NCBI RefSeq assembly: GCF_038025025.1
Contig: NW_027117355.1
Span: 62,001 to 126,000 of the forward strand
Direction of reading: 5' to 3'
Length of the DNA stretch: 64,000 bases
From: Phyllosticta citribraziliensis
Lineage: Eukaryota
The notes below the pieces were generated by a model. It saw only the letters and a program-made list of their open reading frames with translations, had not been told where the DNA came from and searched no databases. A program made the position numbers and the translations under genes. Positions 45,852 to 58,042 of this stretch are shown here, piece by piece (within the stretch, counting starts at the first letter, position 1; each line of letters starts with the position of its first letter).

Positions 45852-48800
45852 TGGCGGGAACTCTGATGGAGAGGGTCAGACGCAACAACCAAAACTATTC
45901 TTTTCTCTGTTGAAATTTTTCAACCCTGGGGCCTCCTTTCTTCATTTTAGGCGGCTTTTTTTTAAAAAACAATCATGACATCCTTTGGCCATATGCTTTG
46001 GTTTGCGCTTGGTATAAGAATGAGTGGTTGCACATGATAGACCGCATCATCATCCTCTTTTTTCCGTGGAATGTCGTCTCTTCTGTCGTGTCATGTCGAA
46101 GACTAACCGACTTGCAACAGATGGGCCGGTCTTTGGAGCCCGTTCACTCTCGTCGTTTATGGATGGCGGAGGGACAGTCTTGAGGCCTAGGGCGCGGGAG
46201 GGAGGGGGCGGGGGACAGGCACGCGGGTAAGCAGGTGAGCTGTCTGTTCTGTCAGGACTCCGCCGGGAAGAGAAAGAGGACGAGAGAGCATGTGGGATAG
46301 GTGTGGGATGCCGTGCCCGTGGGATGCAGCACGTCACGTCAGCCTCACTGACGGGACGGGACGTCCGTCTTCCATTCAACCGCAGACAATCCACACCCCA
46401 CACTCCATCCAGACATCGCACCCAGATAGACAGCGCAGTGTAACTCAGTGGCAGCAGACAGACAGACATTCACTGCCTCTATTGTCCACTTTCTCTGTGG
46501 CTGTAGCGCTAAGCCGCACCAAGCTTAGCCAAGCTCAGCTAAGCATTGCAAGCAAGCACCGCAACAAGCTCTGCGGGAGGCAAGTGTGGCTGTGCCCTTT
46601 TTCTCTCGTCACCACCTCAGGTAGACATTACGCTTTTCTCTTGCTGGAGTTAGCCATTGGCTGGTTCGTTGGCTCGTTGGCGCGTATGGCTGCGGCCGTT
46701 GGTATCAGACAGCAGAGCGCATTGGCGAAGCGAGGACGCGAGGCACATGCCGCGAAGAAAGAGAGCGACAAGACGAACAGAAAGCGCGGAGGCTGGCGCC
46801 ATGTCGACAACTGCTGAACGGTGAAGCAGGCGGAGCTCAGCAAGCGGCATTGAACTGCGGCAACCGGAGTAATCAATCGCCCACGACCGAAGCGGCGGCC
46901 GCCGTTGAGTGCTTTGGGCAAGTCGATGCGAAGACGGATGATGGCTGGGCTGGGCTGCATTGAAGAGCGGATCAGATAAAACCTGCCCCCGTCCGTACGC
47001 GTGCCTTGGCAGCCTTCCGCCTCTCATGCACTGCCGTGGGTGGTCGGCTGTCTGTCTCATGCAGTCAGTCTTGCTGTCGATCCCAAATGTTGAGTATTCG
47101 GGAGGTGCCGACTGCGTGGTTTGGTTGGCTGTTTGACGGTGCCCTGCCCTGGGATTTGTCGTGCATCTTCTTGTTTATGCACCCATCTGCCGTGTTGACG
47201 GAGGTTGAGCGGTATGACGGGGCTGCGGTCTGACTAAGTGATGGTCAGGGTTGTCGTTTTGCTAGTTGGAGTTGGAGTGCCGGCGGGGAGGACGAGTTTG
47301 GCGGATAAGCATTTTGAGATTCCTCTGATTCGCAGCGGTTGGACTGGGTGGTCATAATCTTTGCAGCTCTTGAGAAGATATTGACGTTCGTTACTTCTTG
47401 CTTGCTTCGTACTGGCAGAAATCAAGTCGAAGTCTTCGCCATCCATCCACACATTACCTTTGCACACACAGCAATCTCACCAAAACCAAACACCAAACCC
47501 ACCAACACAAATGAAGGACCAAGACTGACCGCAAACACATCCACCTGAGCTGTTTCCCCTCACGCGCCTCTGTCACGGCACTCCCACGTAAGCAACTTGC
47601 CTTGAGCAATCTCACCGCCTCCTCTTCCAACCACACACGGTTCTTAGGTGCAGACGTCAGTTAGCCACGCAGACACACATCAGATAAAGCAATGCGCTCG
47701 TCCTGGCAATGAAACCGCATACAAGCCAGCCAGCTGGACGCAGTAGTGCAACACGCACGCAATCAGATCCGCTGCTGCAGACTCAGCCTCATCGCATAAT
47801 GTTGCTCCCGGCGCTCGCATTGTATATCGTATCAGATGATCAGCTGGGTGCTGTTTCCACACCTGCGGACGGACGGGATGGATGGATTCCAGAAGCTTTG
47901 GTCTGACTCTGTGACAGCTCTTACGGTAGGCACTAGGTACTTGGAGGGGAGTGTAGCCAAGCAACAGCAGGAGAACCCGCGCAATTCTCCGCCACCACCA
48001 CTTCACCGCACCGCGTCCGCGCGCATAATCAATCTCTTGGCTCACCTCCGCCTCCGCCTCCGTGTCGTCTCGTCTCGCCCCCTCGTTGCCGCCGTCGCAC
48101 TAGGTACTTACTACTGCGCAGGTACCTACCTACTTACCTTCTGCTTGGCTCCGGGGTCCACTACCGTACCGGCCGGCACCAACCGACCGACCAGCCGGGT
48201 ACGTACCTAGATGCGAGACGCTAAGATAACTGCTGCAGCTGCAGATTATCAAAGGACGCTACCTGCGTCTGGCGGGGCCGCGTCTTCAGCGGTACAGCGG
48301 AGGCTCGGCCATGCGAAAGGGGGAGCTGGACGACGTGAGGCGGTGGAGATATGCGTTTGCGCGGTGCGTCATCCGTCCTTCATCATTGTCGTCGTCGTGG
48401 TTGTCGTTGCAGTGGTCGGTGAAGACAGCCGCAGCCGCAGCCGCAGCCGTAGCGGCGAGAAGGTTGTTTCTGCCGAGTTTCGTGTCGGGTTTGAGGGACG
48501 GGCTGTACTGTACTGGGCTGGGCTGGGCTGAAGGATTTTGGCGTGTGCGGAATGTTTTCGTGGCAGCCTATTTGCCTGCAGTGGGGTTTGTCTTTGGTGT
48601 CTCGGGGTTTGATGGTGGTGTTTTTGTTGTCGCTACGGCGTTGCCGGAGGGATGAGTTTCTCTGGGACTTACTTCTTCGTGTCGGTGGTGCGGCATCGCG
48701 ACTGATGGCTGTTGGGGTGAGTTGTTTTGGTAGCAACTAGAAGCAACTTTTGCATGGACCGCGGTGGAAAATTGAAGATGCTGAGAAGATTGAAAGAAAA

Positions 48801-49845
48801 TCGTTGCTCAGATAGAGGAGTGGGGTTCGTGCTAAGAGCGTAGCCGAAATCGGGAGACGCGTTGACAGTGGAAAGAGTCGAGATCTGAAGGAAAACAGGA
48901 TGTTGGGAAGGCTCAAGATAATGTATTCATGTCGAGCACACGGAGTGCTCTTGATGCGCTGGATGAGCACGTTTAGAAGCACTGAATTTGCCAATCAGCA
49001 AGTGTGCCGTGAAGCTAGAGACGATTCACCTGGCAACACCTCAACCAGTGCAGGCGAGCAGATTCTGCCAGAACTCCTAGCCCAGGCAGAATGAAAGACA
49101 ACGTGCACGCCAGAGGGCGTCAAGCCTACAAGCGATCAGACACGACGAGCAGCTCCTCTGCGGTCAACATAAGCTTCGTTGGTGGTGTGAACGGGCGTCG
49201 CACCGGCAGCCAGGTAAACCACCGCGCCACGTGACTGGGCCGCAAACAAGTCATGACCGCAACCCCTACCCGTCATCATGCCACCTCGCTAAAGGAACGT
49301 CAGCTCAATTGGGATGCGGAGAGGCCCGACCGCGGGGAAACACAGCGACGTGATGTGATGGCGGGGGCAGGGAGCTAGGGGCTCCCAAAGCTCGGGGCTG
49401 GCTGGGACGACGCGTGAAGCTGTCTGGGAGCCCAGTCGAGCTGAGCTGAGCTTGGAGCAGCGGCAAAGACGCGGTTGCGGGCCCATTGGCTCCAATGCTT
49501 CATCTTGCAAGTCATTGAATACATTGGCAACATTACAGGCGAGGGAAAATTGATGAAAGTGGCGGAAGTGGTCCCTTCTATGATCAGATACCATCAGGTT
49601 TGCTCGCTGGCTCTATGCAGTACTCCTGCTGTACTAGTACAAGACCGTTCCGTTCGTCTCAGAATCAACTGGATGAGAGTCGTTTCCTCCACGAATGATG
49701 TAGTAGGCTTCCATCCCCAGATCCTCCGCCGAGAGACGACGTCGATGATGAAAGTGGACAACACGTGGCCCAAAGGGGTTTAGCGAGCCAATGATGAAAC
49801 CCTTCCAATCGCCGCCGCTCTAAGTCATCCCCTGGGTAAAGGTGT

Positions 49846-50366
49846 TTACACGAACTTGGCCATCATGGCAACCATGAGGTCGAAGAGACCAATGGCCTCG
49901 ACGAAGGCGAAACCGAGAATGGCGTAGGAGAAGAGCTGGCCACGCATGGCGGGGTTGCGGCCGACGGCAGTGATGAGGGCACCGAAAACAACACCGATAC
50001 CGATACCGGCACCACCGAGACCAATGGCGGCGTTACCCATACCAATGTTCTGGGAGACCTGGACGAGAGCGTTGGCCATCTCGGAGCTGTACTGGCGCTT
50101 GTTGAGGTTGGTAGCGCGGAGGATGGCAGAGGGCTGGGCACGCTTGACGGCCTGGAGAGGCGAGGCAGTGCTCTTGGAGGCAACTGTTGAGATGAAGGCA
50201 TTTAGCAAGCTTGATCAATTGATGATGATGATGAAATTTTTGCAGCTCGAGGTCAGGAAGGATGGGCTGTACCGGTGAAGGCGCGCTGCTGGACGGGAGC
50301 GCGGAAGACGGGGCGAGCGGCCCTGGCGAGGGTGGCCATCTTGGGGGTGACGCGAGCGGCAGCCAT
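49846..50366 (-). CDS. atp9: Nuclear-encoded ATP synthase subunit 9 (c) with mitochondrial presequence
   Basis: Arg-rich presequence MAAARVTPKMATLARAARP and intron 50184-50272. Mature part YSSEMANA..GAGIGIG..RNPAMRGQLFSYAILGFAFVEAIGLF resembles the Neurospora nuclear subunit 9. Confidence 0.97.
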
Positions 50367-53300
50367 TGTAATGGAGGAGATGGAATTGAAGGTGTGGGTT
50401 GATGGATTGAACCTTCGGGATGGACTTTGGATCAAGGTAGGGTCGGAGTGGAAGAGAGGAGGGGAGCTGTGGCCGGAGGAAAAAGTGCGAGCTGGAGCGA
50501 GCTTCGCAGGTGGCCCGTGGCCTTCCCTTGTGCCTTGGGCGGCGGTCGAAGGGGGTCACGTCTCTGGCGGCCAGCAGCGAAGACCGGCGGCCGAAATTCT
50601 CGCAACCTGCTGTCCAATCGCCGCCTCTCGGCGCACCTCCAGGCCCACTTGATACTCGATCGCCGCCTCTCGACGACACTACCGCCAGCTCCCCACGACA
50701 TAAAAGGGCGCCACTGCTCTTCTCTTTGCCAGACTTTGGCCCTCGACGTCTCTGCCATCCCCCAGGCCTCGCCGTCCCTCTGCCAGAGGGCCGTTGTGCG
50801 GCGCGTTTGTCCCCGAGCTCCCGGGGGTGGGTCTGCGAATTTTCGGACGGCATGGCGACGCCATCTCCAGCAGCAAGCATCCGCGGCGCCTTGCCCCAAG
50901 CAACCTAGCGCCATCATCTGCACGCAGCAGCCCTATGCCAGGGCCGGCATCGCATTCTCGAAGCGCTGCAGCGGCAAGAGTTTTTCCACGACGACACTTT
51001 GCAAACGCAACTTGGAGGCTCCAGGACACCGAGGCTGACCAGAGACGAGACTGCTGTGGCTGGTGCGACCGGTGCCATCAGGGCACAAGGGCTCCCGAAT
51101 CGTCCCGACGGTGAGATAGGGCTTGATCGCAGCTGAGTCCGTGGTAGCGCCGCGACGCCTGGCATTCTGTCAGTGCGGGTCTCTGCCGTCACGAATCGAA
51201 GCTCTTCATCAACCTTCAAACGACAGCTCCCTCCGTAACTAGGAAAGTGGTGGGTCTTGTGCCCGATTGGTCTTGATCATGGCAGCGCACCTTGGCCTCG
51301 GCCTCGCCCCCCGCCCCCGGGTATCTTGATGCACATTGTTTGAGGTCAAGGGCAATTGTCCGAGCTCTTTCGAGACAGGCTTGAGGCTGCCGGGCGTGGC
51401 GCAACGGTTGGATGGACAGGGAGGGAGACGATAGAGTTCTGTCGATGTGAAGCGACGTTGGATCAAGACGAAAGTCGGGCCGTCTTGGTTCCCGGCAGCG
51501 ACAGGGATGCCCCTGTCCGGCGGAAAATTTTCTTCGACATCGTCTCTTATGCCCTGCACAACCTCAGCACGACGCCTGTACACGGAACAATCGTTGGTTT
51601 CGCGGCGCGCTCTTCTCTGCGGGCCTCCAGATGTTCCCCAGATCCTCGCTGGCCTGTTTCCTGGGGACCATGTGCCATCACCGCACTCTATGACCTCATC
51701 AACCCCCATCCAGCAAGTCATGCTCCAGACTCTTCGTTGCTCTTCCAATGGTTGCTCTCGGGCACACTGCCCCCTATCACCATCTGACGCCCCCTGCTGA
51801 GATGTACCGGGAAGGGGGCCGATTCCTTGCCATGCCCTCCTGCGCCGCGGCTGACTGATAACGCTCCAACATTGCAATCTCCAGACTGCATGTGGGAAGT
51901 GGCTGGCTCCTCGGCATTCGCAGACTTGCATGTTTCCTTTGTCATCGAGATTTTTTTTTCATTCAACTGTCCAAAAGCGGCCGCTCCTGCAGATGCCGCA
52001 AACGCCCAAGGGCGCGAAGAAAGCCCCCACGTGCGTGATTCGCAGAGCGTCGAGACGCCTTTGCAGCCGTTCATGACGAGTCGATTCCCCATGTGCCTGT
52101 TGCTGTGCCACTGCAACAACTGTGCGAGAAAATATTGGAAAAGTTTCGCCCCCTGTCTCAAACCGCCAGTGTGCTTTTCTTGGTACCTGGATGCGTTTGG
52201 AGCCCTGCGCTACCGACCTGCTGGATGCGCCATGAGCCCTGTCGGACACAATATTGTCTACAGTGGTTGAAATTTTTTCGATAAGACTGTTACACCAGAT
52301 CGATGCTGTTGTGACGGTCCAGGTCTTTGCCGTCCCCAGGCCCCTGATGTTGCCGTTGCTCCTGCCTTTCTCAACAGATCTGACATGCTTTGCAGTATCT
52401 TTGCGACTCGTTGAAAAGAAAGCAAGTTGCTAGACACAGCAGTCTTTGCAGACCCCATGCGGCCTGTTATCTCTGATCTCTTGTCGAACTGGTCTCGAGA
52501 AAAACAAACAACTCATTTTCCAGTTGTAATGCGATCTCTCCATACGACCAAGAGCACAAATGCATCGTCAAGCTTTTTACACGGCAACTCAACAGATTAT
52601 CGCGGAAGCAAATGGTAGCCGCGGATCCAGGGGCTGCAGGAAACCGCCAACCCAATCAAACACTTCCACAAGAGTATCGTCGATCAAGTTTCAGCCGCAT
52701 CCGATGCCCCGTCTCTGACACCGGCACAGCCTGCATGGTAAAGCCCCAGAACGAATTACCTCGTTGACCTGCGAAGCTGTTTGCACCTGCAGGCTTCAAG
52801 AGCAATCCGAGATCAACCACTTTTGAGTCCTCGCCGCAATTGGACGACTCCAAATTCACACATCGCGCAGGACGTGACCCCACTACTGCGCTCGACAGAG
52901 CCCCGTTGCTATCGACGCAACTCATTGAGACTTCCAAGGTCTCTGGTGGGTGTCCGTGCCACCATGGCTGACAAAACCAAGCATAAACTGCTTCCTTGAC
53001 CAAGACTGGGCAACCACCGGGCATGACTGCGCAGACGGAATATCCAGACCAGCAATCGCGTCTCCCCACGTCCATCTTTTGGCAGGCTGCTTTAACGAAA
53101 ACAACGCGACAGTATGGGCCAGAAAGGGAGAGCAAGATGCAGGAAAGCCGTGAGACGGAGGAATTGCCACCTACCCGGTCTCTACGACCCACGGATGCTC
53201 TAGGGCATGGTAGCTGTTGTCGAAGACATGGATCTTGAGACTTGATCCGGCTTCGTTGTCTGTTTCTTCGCTTCTCAGAACCACCAGCCACTTTGCGGTC

Positions 53301-54000
53301 TGCACGCACGTTGCGATGACGCTTCGCTGACGAGTGAGCAGATGAGATGGCAAAAGGATGTACGTCCAGTTTCTTCTCGCAAGTCCCGTTCTTTCTCACA
53401 ACCACCACGTCGGTCTGTTGGTAAGGTAGTTTTCGGCTTCTTTCCACCGCCTGTCAATTTCTCGGAAACAAGTGTGACTGGAACGCCATTTCGCGGAGAG
53501 GAGACAAAAACAGGCAAAAGACGACGCTGAGCGTAACGATATTCGTTTTCCAGGTGGTCCGATCGGGGGTCAACAGCTACACGCATATTTGCAAGTGGCT
53601 CCGATACGTTATTCCCCTTGCCCGGTCCTGCTTTGGGCTTCGCAGCGCACTATTGAGGAACGCGTGAATACACATCACGATGACAGATGCTAGACATGCG
53701 GCTGCTCTCAGCTCTTGTCTCAGAACGAATGGATTGTGGCTGTCTTTTCCCCACGCCAACTTGACATTGCCAGTATTGTCAGAGCAGGAACGCTGTGCGT
53801 CACGACATTGGGCTCCAAGCATCACTCTTCCATGGACATCGATACGACGAGGAAGATTTGACATCTGAGTCTTGGCCATGCTAATTGCTCGACGGAATCC
53901 TAGTTCCACCTTCTTTGGATCACCAATTCCTTCCGTCAGGCGCCCTCAGGGTCCTGCTTCCATGATGCACGACAGCGAGGCTCGTGAGAGTGAGGTCCTT

Positions 54001-54813
54001 TTACTCTCTCTTTTTCCCAAGCCGGAGCTCCTCGTACTCGGGCCATGTGAGCGGAATCCATTGGCCCCATTCCAAACCCTCTCTTTGCGCTCGCCATGAG
54101 ATAAGGTCATGTGTGAAAGGCTTTCCACACCCCTCGCATCCAGGCAAGAACAGGACCGGGAAGTGGTCATCTGAGTCACAGATGCAATCACCACAGCGAC
54201 TGCAGGAACGGGGGCCTGGCCATCGCAGCTTTGAGCACCTGGTGCATTTCAGCACTCGTCCCATTTCTTTTGGTGTCCCGCCACACTTCGCGGGGCCCTT
54301 CCGGTGCAGGTCGTGCAGGCGCTCGGTGATGGATCCGGGGCAGTCGTAACACGTTTGCAGCGTGCGCACGAAACCACTGGATTGAATTTGCATTGGCCCC
54401 CGCCACACATCCATCAAACCGGTTGAGGCCAGCCAAGACCGCTCGACCGTGTCAAAATGGCGGCGCGCTCGAAGCTTGAAGCACTTGAGACAAGCAAGCT
54501 CCACGCCCCATCCTTTGCTTTTGTAAATTCCTTCATACTTCAGGAAAGCAATCTTAGCCTCGTCAGACACTAGAGTCAGTGGGTTGATGATGCGCCTGAA
54601 GCAACAGTTGGTCGCAGCGAGGAAAATGGCCGATGGGTAGTCCAGGTACTGGTAGATTTGGTTCTGCAGTTCGCCAGGCAGTGCGCCGATGCGGCCATTG
54701 TCTGCTGATGATGTCGAACAGACCGAGCCGAACGCATGAGGAGGAGCCGGCTGTGGATTTGGGAGGTGCGTCAGTTGATTGTGTTGGTGCTGAAAATGCT
54801 CGGGATGATCCAT
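54001..54813 (-). CDS. F-box protein with Cys-rich C-terminus (tandem paralog A)
   Basis: ALPGELQNQIYQYLDYPSAIFLAATNCCFRRIINPLT and several CxxC pairs. Start chosen at 54813; the ORF stays open further upstream. Confidence 0.78.
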   Translation of the reverse strand: MDHPEHFQHQHNQLTHLPNPQPAPPHAFGSVCSTSSADNGRIGALPGELQNQIYQYLDYPSAIFLAATNCCFRRIINPLTLVSDEAKIAFLKYEGIYKSKGWGVELACLKCFKLRARRHFDTVERSWLASTGLMDVWRGPMQIQSSGFVRTLQTCYDCPGSITERLHDLHRKGPAKCGGTPKEMGRVLKCTRCSKLRWPGPRSCSRCGDCICDSDDHFPVLFLPGCEGCGKPFTHDLISWRAQREGLEWGQWIPLTWPEYEELRLGKKRE

Positions 54814-55306
54814 GTCGCGCCCCTCTTGGTCGCCGCAGCCCAAGACAGTTTGCAGAAAGCGGAATGCGCTCAAGGCCCAATCGACGGTACGCGACAACAT
54901 GAATCGGGTTCTATGGAGTTGCGAGGCTACGGCCTTGTCGCCATTTTTGATGGAAACCGCTTGACGCGGAGAAAGGTTGAGAAGAGCGTCGAAGTCGGCC
55001 TGAGACCAAATAATTCCTTTAGCAACCATGTGGAGAATCGACGGCTGGAAGAGCCTCGCAGCCCGGCGGCAAACGCAACTTTGAGAAAAAACAGAAGTCA
55101 ATGGAATCTGGAGCAAAAGATAGTAGATGATGCGGCAAAAACAACGAAGTAACAATGCGACGACGTTAAACTCAGTCCACTGCAGGGCAAGAAATCTGCT
55201 CTTGGAATCTTCTGGCTTTCCTTGACGACTCGAAACTCCAGGCCTTCCGCCGTGACGGAGTACCCCAGAATCATCTTGACTCGTCCATGTCGAAACCGGG
55301 ATGGGA

Positions 55307-55948
55307 CTAGAACAAGCCGGCAAGCATTGCCGGCGAGCCCAATCTCAATTGGAGCAGATACCATTCCCCGTCTGGATGCCTTTGAAAGATTCTTGCCCTA
55401 TGTATCAAAGCTTTCCAAAAGTCCGAAAATGGGAGCCATCCAGGGGCGAGTTCCCCCAGCCGGGGTTCTGAACGCCAAGCTGTCCAAGGTGCACTCGGAA
55501 AACACTGTGTGCATCTGAAAGGTGTAGAGCTCATGCGGCCACGACCGCAGTTCTTGCAACCCATCATCATAAACCACGGCAGGAATTTTTCCCAAAGCGC
55601 GCTGACCCGTTTGTCAATCTCTTCGGCTCCACAGGAGAAGCAGGAGCGTCCTGTACCGTCAACGCTGTGCACGGCGCTCTGTGCTGGAAAGTGGTGTCTT
55701 TCTTTTACGCGGAAGCAGGTAAAGCAGGCGGGTTTGTGTCTGTTTTGCTCCAGGAAGCACAGCGCGTACCGGAGGAAGACGAGTTTGTCCTCGTCAGAGA
55801 CCTGTGTCAGAGGGTTGACCACGCGGCGGAAGTAACGGTTGGTAGAGGCGAGTAACATGGCCGCCGGATAGTCGAGATGCTTGAAGATTTCGTTTTGGAG
55901 CTCGCCCGGGAGTGCCCTCAGAGGATCGGTTGCGTTGCGTTCTGCCAT
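55307..55948 (-). CDS. F-box protein with Cys-rich C-terminus (tandem paralog B)
   Basis: ALPGELQNEIFKHLDYPAAMLLASTNRYFRRVVNPLT, then ACFTCFR and further CxxC pairs. Confidence 0.8.
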   Translation of the reverse strand: MAERNATDPLRALPGELQNEIFKHLDYPAAMLLASTNRYFRRVVNPLTQVSDEDKLVFLRYALCFLEQNRHKPACFTCFRVKERHHFPAQSAVHSVDGTGRSCFSCGAEEIDKRVSALWEKFLPWFMMMGCKNCGRGRMSSTPFRCTQCFPSAPWTAWRSEPRLGELAPGWLPFSDFWKALIHRARIFQRHPDGEWYLLQLRLGSPAMLAGLF

Positions 55949-58042
55949 GATGGTGGATTGGAGCAAAAGGCTGTGGGGGGGAGAATCCCGCGTCTTGCTC
56001 TCCCTTGTAATGCGCAGAGAATCAATTTAATGGTAGCAAAGGCGGGAGCTCATGCGTTGAGTCAGTGTTGGTTGAGATGGAGAAGCATGTGCGGAAGTAC
56101 CGGGATAGCTCGCAGCACTAAGCCTATTTGGGCATGGCGGGTCGTTGATGTCGTCAAAGTCGGGGCGTACCTTACAAACGGAAGCACTGCACTTTCCTTT
56201 CGACACGTCGGCCAAGAAAAGGTTTGATTCTGACTACATGTACATGTACCATGGATGGGTGCTTTCATTCTCTCGAGTCCCCTCAACTGAAGCAGCTTGA
56301 AAGTTTGCTTTTGATCGCCGCGAAGACTTTCAATGCTCTTGCTGCACTACTTTCATATTGGTTTGGCGAGCATGGACAACGACATAGGCCGGGAAGGGAG
56401 ATGAGGGAAGCAAGAGCCAAGTGCTGACACAAGTGATTGCTGCTAGAGAGCACTTGAGAGATTTCCAAAAGGTTGAGTTTGCAGCACAGAAGACTGCTGT
56501 TGTGATCTCTGACCTGGCTCACAGATCTTGTCTCGCAATATTCATCCGAGCTCCGAGTTTCATCATGTCCAAAGGGCTCTACTCAGCACCCCTGGGCACA
56601 GACTCGCTGCAGGAGCTTGTTTGACCGTCCTTCCAGAAATGTTGGGTTGGAGAGGAAAGATTTGGGCAACGAACGTAACAATTCTATCGCCAGAGGCCAT
56701 ACATGACCTGCGCAAGTCGAGATGGCGTTCAGTGCCACGTGGAACAAGTACCACGCGAGGTACGATACTCCGCCCACTGTCCCGCAATCCAGGGAGCCTC
56801 ACTGGAACCTGAAGGCGGAAAATCCCGATTACTTCCAGCCCGGAACATCTGCCTGGTTCCTGCACAAAAGTCTGGGTCGGGTCCAGCTCGTGGTTGAGAG
56901 GAAGGACGACGCAGGGCCGAGGCCGCTAAACTCGTCTTGACCTCGCGGACCAAAAAACGTCGACCAAACAACACCTTGGCCTTCCACGCTCATTGGGCGT
57001 CGGCTGTGATTCTCCAAGAGGCTTCGACATCCGCGAGCCGAGATTGCTACTATCGTATCTTGGTGGGAGATGCTGAGGCGGCTCGATCCCGAAAAGGGCA
57101 TGGGCGCCAAAGGTTGTTGGCCGCTCGTCGATGGCAAGCTCCACAAGCTCTTCTCGTCGCAGTCTAGTCTTTTGTCTTGGGAGAGCTCGTTGACAAAAAG
57201 CGACGGCTGCAGATTGAATCCGTGGAGAATCGGCCTCTCCAAGTCAAGTCCAGATCTACCGTGGAGAACCACTCTTTGGTGTCGAAGCTTTCCAGAATCT
57301 AGCCAGGCCTGTCAACTATCGGCCAGAGCGCTAGCGTCAACGCCACGCTCCAAACATTTTGTCACCACGAGTCCAAGTCCTGCAAAGTCCCGTGGTGACC
57401 TTGTCGACGCGGTCATTCGGGGCTGTCGTTGGCACAAGACTTCTGAGCATCCTTTCTCCGTCGGTTCATGTCCAACTATGACGCTGGTGCTCTAGTGCAT
57501 CCTCAAAATTAGGACTTCTATTTCCAGGACTCTTCATTGCTTCTACGACGGCTTCTCGTATCTCTCGAGTTCCGCGCAGTGTCGGCGGCTCAAAATAGCC
57601 CACTTGAAGATAGAGAATCCGTATCCGATATCCGCGCGGAACCAAATCCCCCACAATGCGGTTGGCGCCGTCTGGAGTAGCCACATTGTACCTAATGAGG
57701 CAAAAAGGCCAGCTTAGTGTCCTTTCGGACAGGTCCCAGGCCATGGCCTAGCGGCTCGGTTAATCCAGTGGTACTGAAGAATACGGATGGAAGCTGGAAG
57801 CTATGCCGGAGTCCAGGTCCACGGCAATGCCGCCTTGTAGCGCCTGGTTCACGGCACCGGACAGAGGGCCCTGTGCCTGGACCTCGAGGCTTCTTGTATA
57901 TCAAGGCCGGCCTTCCCTTCTGTTTCTCATCATCAGCTTCATCCACAGTCTCTTGTGTCCTCGTTCAGTCCTTCTTTCTTCACTCTTTGAAGAGCATTCG
58001 TTCCAAGTCAAAGTCAGTCACTACCAGACCTCGACCGTCGAA

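Noticed and set aside
51700..53600. Possible decayed extra F-box paralogs (fragments such as LENELFVFLE and PVTLVSE)
   Set aside because: Similarity is too weak to support by eye. A tBLASTn with the two neighbouring F-box proteins would settle it.
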